DNA of 32,000 nt from assembly GCF_000025505.1 (NCBI RefSeq), contig NC_013849.1, positions 1,410,001 to 1,442,000 on the forward strand, read 5' to 3'. Below are positions 9,109-17,324 of the stretch, one piece after another. Under the pieces are notes generated by a model. That model had not been told where the DNA came from. It saw only the letters and a program-made list of their open reading frames with translations, and did no database searches. The translations under genes were made by a program, and so were the position numbers. Source of the stretch: Ferroglobus placidus DSM 10642 (GTDB lineage Archaea > Halobacteriota > Archaeoglobi > Archaeoglobales > Archaeoglobaceae). How positions within the stretch are numbered: position 1 is the stretch's first letter; each line of letters opens with the position of its first letter.

Positions 9109-10331
9109 TTTATTCTTCCCGCCCCTATCAACCTCCATCTCGTTCCAACTCTCCTGCTTATAGCTACTCTATCTCCTATTTCAGCACAAACCGGTCTTTT
9201 CAGCTTCACTTCTACGATGTCGTCTCTCGCGGAAGTAACGACTCCAAGAGTTATCGCCGTTCCGACAGCGAGCATTAAGGGCTCGTTCATCTTTATCTTC
9301 TCGACCTTTATCTCCTCCTCGGTCCCGACGACCCTCTCAAGTAATTGAACTTCCATTGTAAACTCGTAAAGAACGTCCGGCAGCTCGTTTGGATGTCCGA
9401 GCACATTACCTACGAGCCCGTCGCTTTTTGTTAGGAACGGATCGAGTTTCGTTGCAACTCCTATAAGTCCTCCGGGGGTAGCTTCTTCGATTTGCCTTCC
9501 GGAAGCCATTATGCTCACGACTTCCGTGTAAATCGGATTGTAATTTCCTCTTTCGTCTTTAACTCCGGGACGAATCTCTATTTCGTCTCCCACTCTCAAC
9601 TTTCCCCTCGCTAAGCTTCCACCTACAACTCCTCCGAGAAGTTTATCTGGAGGAGTTCCTGGTTTGTTTACGTCGAAGCTCCTCGCTATGTGCATGAGAG
9701 GAGGAGAAGTTAGATCTCTTTCTGGAGTGGGTATCGTCTCTTCTATCGCTTCGATGAGGGCATCTATGTTAACCTTCTGCTGGGCAGATATTGGAATTAT
9801 CGGGGCGTTTTCCGCTATGGTTCCTTTAACGAACTCCTTGATTTCTCTGTAATTTTCGAGAATTCTTTCCTTCGGAACGATGTCTATTTTGTTCTGGGCT
9901 ATTACGATTTTGTCAACTCCTATTATTTCGAGAGCCATTAAGTGCTCTTTTGTTTGCGGTCGAGGACACTTCTCGTTGGCTGCGATGACTAAGACTGCAC
10001 CGTCCATTAAAGCCGCACCGCTTAACATCGTTGCCATCAACGTCTCATGCCCGGGACTGTCGACGAAACTCACTGTTCTGAGAATTTCCGTCTCTACGTT
10101 ATGTTTTGGGCAAGTGACTTCGACCGTGTAAGCTTCCGGAGGTTCGCAAAGGGGGCATTTTCTGAAGGTTGCGTCAGCGTAACCCAGCTTTATAGAAATT
10201 CCCCTCTTTAACTCTTCGCTGTGTCTGTCCGTCCAAACTCCGCTTAAAGCGGCAACAAGGGTTGTTTTTCCGTGATCAACGTGACCAACCATTCCTATGT
10301 TAACTTCTGGAAGAGGAACGTCTTTCGACAT
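9105..10331 (-). CDS. eif2g: Translation initiation factor aIF2 gamma subunit
   Basis: 408 aa. GTPase motifs [14 protein letters not shown] and NKID, plus the Zn-knuckle region CPLCEPP...CPKH typical of a/eIF2-gamma. Confidence 0.95.
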   Translation of the reverse strand: MSKDVPLPEVNIGMVGHVDHGKTTLVAALSGVWTDRHSEELKRGISIKLGYADATFRKCPLCEPPEAYTVEVTCPKHNVETEILRTVSFVDSPGHETLMATMLSGAALMDGAVLVIAANEKCPRPQTKEHLMALEIIGVDKIVIAQNKIDIVPKERILENYREIKEFVKGTIAENAPIIPISAQQKVNIDALIEAIEETIPTPERDLTSPPLMHIARSFDVNKPGTPPDKLLGGVVGGSLARGKLRVGDEIEIRPGVKDERGNYNPIYTEVVSIMASGRQIEEATPGGLIGVATKLDPFLTKSDGLVGNVLGHPNELPDVLYEFTMEVQLLERVVGTEEEIKVEKIKMNEPLMLAVGTAITLGVVTSARDDIVEVKLKRPVCAEIGDRVAISRRVGTRWRLIGAGRIK

Positions 10332-10498
10332 ATTTTAATGAGGGGATTCGAGGATATTTAAATCTTGATATTGGTCCTGATTCCCTTAAATAATGCGAAT
10401 GTTAGAACAACAATCCTCAACGTCTCATCTCCAAATGACCCAGACAGAGAGCTTCTTCTGTTTTTCTTGCAAAGTAGATGTGCTAAGAAGGTAAAAAA

Positions 10499-10505
10499 TT
10501 TATAT
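10499..10505 (+). promoter_or_regulatory. Archaeal TATA box (TTTATAT) with an A-rich upstream BRE-like stretch, serving the DUF2298 gene
   Basis: The sequence gtaaaaaaTTTATATcttaacg lies about 22-25 nt upstream of the in-frame GTG at 10527. This is the spacing expected for a leaderless transcript. Confidence 0.4.
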
Positions 10506-10526
10506 CTTAACGAAAAACTTTTCAAA

Positions 10527-12458
10527 GTGTTCGAAATCGTAGCTTTCCTGCTGGTTGTTGAGATAATAGGTTTCTCAGCTTACCCCCTCCTCAGAAAAGA
10601 GTTTGGGGAAGAGGCTTATTCTCTAAGCAAACCGTTTGGACTTGCAATTTTAACAGCTGTGGCTTTGTCTTTCTCTTTAGCAGGACTCAATTTTTTCCTC
10701 TCTTCACTTCTTGCTTTAATTTCTCTTGTGATTCTCGCAGTGATCAATCGGGATGGCTTTTACTTTGAAGGGGAAACTTTTAAAGAAGAGCTGGTCTTCT
10801 TAATTTCTTACTCCCTTTCTCTGCTTTACCTTTCACTCAAACCCGAAATTTACTTCGCTTACTCCGAAGACTTTACGGACTTCGCTTTTCTCAAATCCGT
10901 TTTACGTTTCGGAATTTTGAAGGACCCTTGGTTCGGAGGAGAGCAGATTTTTTACTACTTCTTCGGGCACGCTTTAGCGGCTTCTCTCATAAAGCTTTCG
11001 AGAGTTAAAGCTGAAGTCGGTTACAATCTGGCTGTGGCAGCCTATTACTCTCTTGCAGTAACGCTATCATACTCTCTCGGGAAAAGAACGACTAAAAAAG
11101 ACATTTACGGAATTCTTTCAGCTCTCTTCGTTTGCTTTGCAGGATTCTTCTCCGGATTTTTCCAGCTTGTCGCATTTCTCTTCAAAACACCGATTCTTGG
11201 TTATAAAGTCGCTAATACGACCCTTTTTCAATGGCTTCTCAATTTCGACTTTTCAGCAGCGACGAGAGTAATTGATGGGGCTGTTGTGTTTTACCCCTTC
11301 TTCACATTTCTTCAGGGGGATATGCATGCGCACTTCATGTCGATTCCATTTCAGCTTGCCATTCTTCTCTCATCTCTCTCCTTATACACCAGCTTTTCAT
11401 CGAAGAAGTTTGCAACGACGACTTTTCTCTTCACCTTTACCCTCGGAATTAACGCATGGTCGTTTGTATTGGCTTTTCTTCTCATCCCAATTCTCTTGCT
11501 TAAGAGTAAACGTTTTGCGATTCTTTCTGTTTTCTTGGCAGTTTTCATAACTTTGCTCATCCTTACTGGAATTTTGAAGTTCGTCGAGTCGAGAACCGAG
11601 TTTTTTGACTTTCTTCAGGTTTTTGCTCTCTTTTTAGCTTCCACGATCCTTTACACTGCGAAAAAATTAGATTGGAAAGAATTTCTTCTGATACTCTTCT
11701 TCATCCCTCTTGGCTTACTTTTAAACTTTCACTTGCTCTTTCTCTTCCCTCTTGCGTTTTTATTGCTGAGGGAGAAGAGCTTTGAGAACATCTTGCTCTT
11801 TGCTGGAACATTAACTATCCTTTTCTGCGAGCTTTTCTACTTCGACGACCCCCTCGGAAAGCCATTCGAAAGAATGAACACCGTCATGAAGCTTTACATC
11901 TCAGCTTGGATTTTCTGGGGAGTTGCTTCGGCAATTCATCTATCGAAGCTCGGAAGAAGTGCTTTAGCCGTTCTCGCCGTTTTCGCGTTCTCTCTACTTC
12001 ATCCCGTCGCATCCCTTATTGCCATGCCTAACAGCGAGTTGCTCGGAAATAGCGGCAAAGTCACTTTGGACGGAGCCGAGTGGTTGAAGGAAAAGCATTT
12101 AGAAGAGTACCTCGCCATAAAATGGCTTGAAAACAAAAGCGGAGTTGTTCTCGAAGCTCCGGGGGAGGCTTACACTTATTCTTCGAGAGTTTCGACTTTC
12201 ACCGGCTTGCCCACCGTGATTGGCTGGAGAACTCACGAAATCATGTGGGGAAGGAGTTGGGAGGAAGTGGAGGAAAGAATAAAAGAAGTGGACGAAATCT
12301 ACCTTAACGGGAGCTTGGAGCTGGCTAAGAAGTACGGAGTTAGATACGTGTTTTTCGGAGAAGTTGAAAGGATTAGGTACGATAAGAGCGAGCTCGACTA
12401 TCCTTGGCTAAAAGTTGTTTTTAAAAAAGGAAACGTCACGATTTACGAAGTTCCCTGA
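10527..12458 (+). CDS. DUF2298 (chlor_Arch_YYY-type) polytopic membrane protein, putative GT-C-like glycosyltransferase
   Basis: About 15 or more TM helices, then the conserved C-terminal block YTYSSRVSTFTGLPTVIGWRTHEIMWGR...KKYGVRYVFFGEVERIRY. The track start (TTG 10365) adds 54 non-hydrophobic codons upstream of a TATA box, so GTG 10527 (VFEIVAFLLVVEIIGFSAYPLL) is preferred. Confidence 0.7.
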   Translation: MFEIVAFLLVVEIIGFSAYPLLRKEFGEEAYSLSKPFGLAILTAVALSFSLAGLNFFLSSLLALISLVILAVINRDGFYFEGETFKEELVFLISYSLSLLYLSLKPEIYFAYSEDFTDFAFLKSVLRFGILKDPWFGGEQIFYYFFGHALAASLIKLSRVKAEVGYNLAVAAYYSLAVTLSYSLGKRTTKKDIYGILSALFVCFAGFFSGFFQLVAFLFKTPILGYKVANTTLFQWLLNFDFSAATRVIDGAVVFYPFFTFLQGDMHAHFMSIPFQLAILLSSLSLYTSFSSKKFATTTFLFTFTLGINAWSFVLAFLLIPILLLKSKRFAILSVFLAVFITLLILTGILKFVESRTEFFDFLQVFALFLASTILYTAKKLDWKEFLLILFFIPLGLLLNFHLLFLFPLAFLLLREKSFENILLFAGTLTILFCELFYFDDPLGKPFERMNTVMKLYISAWIFWGVASAIHLSKLGRSALAVLAVFAFSLLHPVASLIAMPNSELLGNSGKVTLDGAEWLKEKHLEEYLAIKWLENKSGVVLEAPGEAYTYSSRVSTFTGLPTVIGWRTHEIMWGRSWEEVEERIKEVDEIYLNGSLELAKKYGVRYVFFGEVERIRYDKSELDYPWLKVVFKKGNVTIYEVP

Positions 12459-12759
12459 GGCTCGAGCCGAAGAAAGCTGAGAGAATCGAGAGGATTAGCA
12501 GAAGAATTAAAGGAATTGCAGCCACCTCTGAAAACCTAACCCACGGCGGAAGCGAGGCTAAGAAAATCGCTGAAATTGCTGCGAAAGCAATTAAAGATAT
12601 CGAAATCGCTTTTAAGAGTTTTTCAGCAGCCAATCCTATTCCGGCGAAGGCTAAAATGAAGCCGACCCAGTGAAAGACAGAAATAACGAATCCGAAAGGG
12701 ATTAAAAGGTAAATTAGCTTTCTCACCAGCTCACCTCCTTGTAGTCGCAGTTTATCCAC
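12436..12759 (-). CDS. Small hypothetical membrane protein
   Basis: 107 aa with about three hydrophobic helices. No recognisable family. It overlaps both neighbours' ends. Confidence 0.4.
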   Translation of the reverse strand: MDKLRLQGGELVRKLIYLLIPFGFVISVFHWVGFILAFAGIGLAAEKLLKAISISLIAFAAISAIFLASLPPWVRFSEVAAIPLILLLILSILSAFFGSSLRELRKS

Positions 12760-14144
12760 ATCTCAAGCTGGTCGAAGTAGTGCTTCGAGGTAACTTTCCC
12801 CGAATTCCCACCCGGGATTACCGTGTATGCTTTTTCTCCTACCTCCACGATCATTCTAAAGCTGCTTCCCACTTGGGGACTTTCTTCAACTCTGAAGTTG
12901 TAGATCGTATATTCTGAGCCGTCCATCTGGTAGCTGGGGTAATTGAAAACTTTGAGCTTAACTCCGAAGGGATGCTCAATCTTAAGCCTGTTGTAGTCTC
13001 CGTAAACCTTCCAGCCTTCCCTTTCTATCTCCTCTGGAACCGTTGAAAACGATGTTTCCAGCCACTCTCTTTCCATCCACGTACCTTATCGGATACTTTC
13101 CTGCGGGATAGTAAGCTGTGCTTTTCTCGTCAGCAACCACGAGGTTTTGGGCGGGAACTCAGCCACTTCCCCTTGTAGAGGTATTTTCCACCTTTCCAAA
13201 CGTAGGCGTAGAAGTCTATGACATCAGCTCCAACGTTCGTGAATCCCCATGCTACGTGCTTGTTGTATCCTATTATCACGAACGGGATTCCGGGGAACGT
13301 CACACCTCTAACTTCGAAGTCTTTCGTTTTTAAGTGCATTTCATACCACACGGGTGGAGCTGTTAAAAGCAAGTGAGGGTCGTTGGCTAAAATCGGCTTT
13401 CCGCTCTCGGTAAACTTGCCGGAGATAACCCAGTTATTGCTTCCGATTCCTTCCAGATAACTTATACTTACATTCTCCACTTTTGCCGGAGATGAGTAGT
13501 TTTCGAGAACTTCGTAACCGTGACGAGCTTCGCTGGATACAATTCGAGAGCTTCTGGAAGCTTTCTCCTAATCTCCTCCCTCTTTAAATCCCAGAAGTTG
13601 CCAGTTAACCCCAAGCGATTTCTTTTGCTATCAACAGAGTATCTACAGGAGTCCACTTCTCCGGCTCGTAGTTCAAGAGAATGAACTCTATCGGCAAATT
13701 TCCCGAGTTTATGTAAGCGTTAACGCCTTCGCAGTAAGCGAGAATTGCATCTCTAACGCTTTTGTTCCTCTTCAAAACGTCCCAAGAGGCTTTCGCAGCA
13801 CTTTCGAAGTCCATTTCAACGTGAAACTTATCGCTCTCTAAGGTTTTCTCTCCAAAAATTTCGGAGAGCTGACCTTTCATGTACCTTCTGTGAAGATCCA
13901 TCTGGAAAAGCCGGTCTTTGGCTTGCAAATAGCCTACTGCAAAGAACAGAGCTTTTTCGTTTTCAGCGTAAATGTGCGGAACTCCGAACTCGTCGTAGTA
14001 GATTTCTACATTTCCGTAGGGTTTGTCCATCTTGATTTCATCTTTCCACAAGCTTCCGGAGAAGGGAGCAAAAGCGTTCAAGTACTTGCTCGTTGCAGCA
14101 ACGAACAGAACCAGGAGGAGCAGAGATAAGGCTGCGCGTTTCAT
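12723..14144 (-). pseudogene. Decayed penicillin amidase / peptidase S45 (Ntn-hydrolase) gene: at least 3 frameshifts plus a large internal deletion
   Basis: Four consecutive minus-strand ORFs in three different frames.
- 13605..14144: signal peptide plus alpha-subunit block FGVPHIYAENEKALFFAVGYLQAKDRLFQMDLHRR.
- 13468..13656: linker.
- 13130..13480: GSNNWVISGKFTESGKPILANDPHL, the Ser N-terminal nucleophile of the beta subunit.
- 12723..13076: C-terminal PGGNSGKVTSKHYFDQLEMW.
Together they span about 1.4 kb, versus about 2.2-2.5 kb for intact family members. Confidence 0.75.
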
Positions 14145-14181
14145 TAATTCGAGTATATTTTTAACTTTTTTAATTTTTTCG

Positions 14182-14526
14182 CTAAAATTTAATAGAATCT
14201 CTAAGTTCTTCGATCTTTCTCTCGAAAGCTTTTTCGGCTTCTTCGTAAACTTCGAGAAGTTTTTCTGCCAGCTCAGTTAAAGAGCTTTCTCCCCCCTTTT
14301 CTCCACCTCTTTTCGTCTCAACTATTCTCTTTCCGAGCTTTTCTTCCATCTTTTTTATATATCCCCAGACGTATCTGTAGGACATCTCCAATTCCTTAGA
14401 TGCTTTGGATATGCTACCGTGCTTTTTTATAGCTTTGAGAATTTCCGCTCCCCCCTTCCCCATTAAAAACTCTCCGTCCTTTTCTATCCATATTCTGAAC
14501 TTTAGCTCAATAATAGACATCACCAC
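14182..14526 (-). CDS. ModE-N-terminal-type winged-helix regulator (molybdate/tungstate-responsive family), lacking Mop/TOBE domains
   Basis: 114 aa. GKGGAEILKAIKKHGSISKASKELEMSYRYVWGYIKKMEEKLG matches the ModE N-domain HTH. It overlaps the tupC 3' end by 20 nt. Confidence 0.75.
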   Translation of the reverse strand: MVMSIIELKFRIWIEKDGEFLMGKGGAEILKAIKKHGSISKASKELEMSYRYVWGYIKKMEEKLGKRIVETKRGGEKGGESSLTELAEKLLEVYEEAEKAFERKIEELRDSIKF

Positions 14527-15220
14527 TCACGAACTTCTTAGTCAGTTCATTCTTCGGATTCTCAAAAATTTGTTTCGTTTCTCCGTATTCTATCAGCTTT
14601 CCGTTGTGGAGAAAGGCAACTTTGTCCGAGAGCCTCTTAGCTTGGAAGAGATTGTGGGTTGCGATAACTATCGTTTTTCCTGATTTTGCGAGATCTTTTA
14701 TGCACTTCTCAACTACTGAAGCGTTCTCAGCGTCGAGATTTGATGTGGGCTCGTCGAAGAGATAAACTTCTCTGTCGATAGCCAGAGCTCTCGCTATAGC
14801 CAATCTTTGCTTCTCCCCTCCGCTTAAATTCTTGGCTTTCTTCTTCGCAACCTCAAGAAGATTCAGCTTTTCTAAAATTTCTTCCGCCTTCTCTTTGCTC
14901 GAGTTTTCGTTCAAGGATAATGCGTAGAGCAAGTTGTCCAAAACGGTTCCTCTAAACACAACCGGCTGCTGAAAGACCATCGTAATTTTTTTCCTGTGCT
15001 TTTCGCTCGCTTTTTCTCCCATGAAGTAGTATTCTCCTTCAAAACTTTCGAGCAAGGCCATAATTCTTAGAAGAGTGGTTTTTCCAGCTCCACTACTTCC
15101 CAAAACGGTTGTAATTCCTCTGTCTATCTCAATACTCAAGCTCAGCTTAAAGTGTCCGTAATCCTTGCTTACATTTCTAAGCTCTATCACAGCCATTTTT
15201 TCACCAGATTCATTGTCCAA
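14507..15220 (-). CDS. tupC: Tungstate ABC transporter ATP-binding protein
   Basis: 237 aa. Walker A GSSGAGKTT, signature LSGGEKQR, Walker B YLFDEPTSNLD. It is the last transporter gene of the tupA-tupB cluster. Confidence 0.8.
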   Translation of the reverse strand: MDNESGEKMAVIELRNVSKDYGHFKLSLSIEIDRGITTVLGSSGAGKTTLLRIMALLESFEGEYYFMGEKASEKHRKKITMVFQQPVVFRGTVLDNLLYALSLNENSSKEKAEEILEKLNLLEVAKKKAKNLSGGEKQRLAIARALAIDREVYLFDEPTSNLDAENASVVEKCIKDLAKSGKTIVIATHNLFQAKRLSDKVAFLHNGKLIEYGETKQIFENPKNELTKKFVSGDVYY

Positions 15221-15909
15221 GAGATCGCGAATACCAACGATAGGAGGATTAATCCGAGAACTATTGCGATGTCTATTTCACCTCTCGCCACGTGCATTTG
15301 GATTGCGGTTGTTAAAACTCTCGTGTTCGCAAATCCTCCGTAAACGAACACGTTTCCGCCTATCATGAGAGCGATCCCTAACTCAGCCACCGCTCTGTTA
15401 AATGCGGCTATGGAGGATAGAATTATCCCCGGAAGCGCTTCGTTCAGAACCTTAACGATAGCCTGTGCTCTTGACGCTCCGAGAGTTAAAGCAAGCTCGT
15501 ATATCTCTTCACCAACTTGTTCAATTGAAGTGGCTGTTATGCTCACAACTATAGGCAGAACGAGGAGCATCTGTCCCAAGCTTATTCCCATTTCGGTGTA
15601 AAGTAAGCCGAGGAAGCCGAAGGGTCCTTTTGGAGCTAAGAGGAGGTAGAGGAATAGCCCCATCACGACCGTCGGAATTCCGAGGAGTGTGTTAAATATC
15701 GATTTTAAGAACTCTCTGCCGGTAAAATTGTACAAGGAAAGGAAAACTCCCACTGGAATTCCTATTACAGAAGCAAGTATCGCTGCCGAGCCAGAGACTT
15801 TTAAAGATCTAAGAGTTATCTCAGCCACAACTTCCCAATCTAAATCACCAAAAAGCGATATCATAATCCTCAGCCCTGTATCTGTACTCCTTTGGGCACT
15901 CGCTTCCAC
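15187..15909 (-). CDS. tupB: Tungstate ABC transporter permease
   Basis: 240 aa with about 5 TM helices and an EAA-like loop (LALTLGASRAQAIVKVLNEALPG). An alternative start at 15864 would reduce the overlap with tupA. Confidence 0.8.
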   Translation of the reverse strand: MEASAQRSTDTGLRIMISLFGDLDWEVVAEITLRSLKVSGSAAILASVIGIPVGVFLSLYNFTGREFLKSIFNTLLGIPTVVMGLFLYLLLAPKGPFGFLGLLYTEMGISLGQMLLVLPIVVSITATSIEQVGEEIYELALTLGASRAQAIVKVLNEALPGIILSSIAAFNRAVAELGIALMIGGNVFVYGGFANTRVLTTAIQMHVARGEIDIAIVLGLILLSLVFAISWTMNLVKKWL

Positions 15910-16822
15910 TTATGAATCCGTACTTTACAATCCAGCTGTAGTAAGGCTCTATCTTTTTCTCCAGAACTTCCGCAGCAGGATAGAAGAGAGGAATACCAAA
16001 CTCCTCTTTCCCGAAATCTTTCAAAACTTCCTGCCCTTCGGTTACGAGCCACTTCTCAAATCTCATAGCCAAATCGAAATTTTTGTTTCCCTTTTCCGGA
16101 TTCACGACTATTATCGAGTATACATTTATCAGCTCCTCTCCCTTATCAACAAGAGCTTCTAAATCTATTTTCCCGGCTTTTTTAAATCTCAGATATGTTC
16201 CGGTATCTGAGAGGGTATAAGCTTTCTCGTTGCTTGCGTAAAGCAAAGTTTGACCCATTCCAGCGCCAGTTTCCCTAAACCAGCTCTCCTTTCTTATTTC
16301 CTCGTAATCGAAGCCGGCTTTTTCCCACAAATACATCTCCTTAACGTTCGTCCCCGACAAATCACCTCTCGAAACCCAAATAGCCTTCCCTTCTCTCCCA
16401 GCCTCTGCTATTTTTTTCATAGCGTCAACGACGCTCAAACCTCTTATTTTCGCCGGATCGTCCTTTGGACCGACTATTACAAAGAAATTGTAGGCGAAGA
16501 TTTTTCTGTTCACTCCGTATCCCTCTTTCATAAATTCCTCCTCCTTACTTTTCGCGTGAACGAGTATTGCATCGCTAACTCCGAGCTTCGCATCGTTTAT
16601 AGCTGCTCCAGTTCCCTTCGCTATGAAGTGAATCTCGATCCCGTACTTCTCCTTAAAAATCCTTGCAACCTCGTCAAGAAAGCCAGTGTCGTATAAGCTT
16701 GTGGTAGTCGAGATAGTCAAAATATTCAGCCCTTCCTTTTTATTCTGCTCGTAAAAATAAAGCCCGAAGGTTATCGTCAAAATTGCTAAGGCTAAAATTA
16801 CTATTTTTTGAGCCATATGCAT
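15845..16822 (-). CDS. tupA: Tungstate-binding periplasmic/extracellular protein TupA
   Basis: 325 aa with an N-terminal signal/anchor. It has the TupA-diagnostic TTTS motif (ILTISTTTSLYDTGF). The second ATG at 16816 is probably the true (leaderless) start, given the TATA box at 16837-16844. Confidence 0.85.
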   Translation of the reverse strand: MHMAQKIVILALAILTITFGLYFYEQNKKEGLNILTISTTTSLYDTGFLDEVARIFKEKYGIEIHFIAKGTGAAINDAKLGVSDAILVHAKSKEEEFMKEGYGVNRKIFAYNFFVIVGPKDDPAKIRGLSVVDAMKKIAEAGREGKAIWVSRGDLSGTNVKEMYLWEKAGFDYEEIRKESWFRETGAGMGQTLLYASNEKAYTLSDTGTYLRFKKAGKIDLEALVDKGEELINVYSIIVVNPEKGNKNFDLAMRFEKWLVTEGQEVLKDFGKEEFGIPLFYPAAEVLEKKIEPYYSWIVKYGFISGSECPKEYRYRAEDYDIAFW

Positions 16823-16870
16823 GAACGTTCATAACGAATATAAATTGTTTTTGTTCGATGAATCGAACAA
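16821..16870 (-). promoter_or_regulatory. tupA promoter: TATA box flanked by two palindromes (candidate operator sites)
   Basis: A perfect 12-bp palindrome ATGAACGTTCAT (16821-16832) overlaps the start codon. The minus-strand TATA TTTATATT lies at 16837-16844. A 20-bp imperfect palindrome TTGTTCGATgaATCGAACAA lies at 16851-16870. Confidence 0.4.
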
Positions 16871-17292
16871 CTTACGAAAGACCTCGAACAGCTTGGAACT
16901 GCTCTCTTTTGACGAGGCTTTGAGGAAGCTTGGTATAGATAAAGCTGAAATTCGAAAGGAAATTTCTAAAGAAACTGAGTAAACTTCTCAGAGAAGATCA
17001 AGTCAGAATTCTTGTCAAACTGAAAATCTTCGAGGAAACTGGCAGAGGAGATTTTGAGAGAATACTTTGAGTTTGGGTTTCTATAGATGTTGAGAGATAA
17101 TGCAAAAAACAAACCGATCTTCTTAGTTGATAGAACTCCTTGATACAAAGAGTGCTGCCAAGAAGAGGATTAAAGTACGAAATAAAGACGAGAGGAATGA
17201 GAAACGCTGTTGATTCCTGGATTCTTTTATTCATAGCACCGTACAATTTGAAGAGGAGTTTGGCATGGTTTTTCTCGTGCTACAAAACAAAA

Positions 17293-17300
17293 TTTAAAAA
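17293..17300 (+). promoter_or_regulatory. TATA box (TTTAAAAA) for the DUF499 gene
   Basis: It lies about 25 nt upstream of the ATG at 17325 with no Shine-Dalgarno sequence in between, consistent with a leaderless mRNA. Confidence 0.4.
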
Positions 17301-17324
17301 TTTTAATGAAATAGCAATAATTTG

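Noticed and set aside
16823-17321. Search for a direct repeat of the tRNA-Val 3' half (att site) at the far end of the island
   Set aside because: By eye only trivial matches were seen. TTCGAACCG recurs at about 29745 inside the right spacer. TAGCACC occurs at 17234-17240 and at 29546-29552 with patchy flanking identity. Neither is long enough to call an att site, so a computational alignment is needed.
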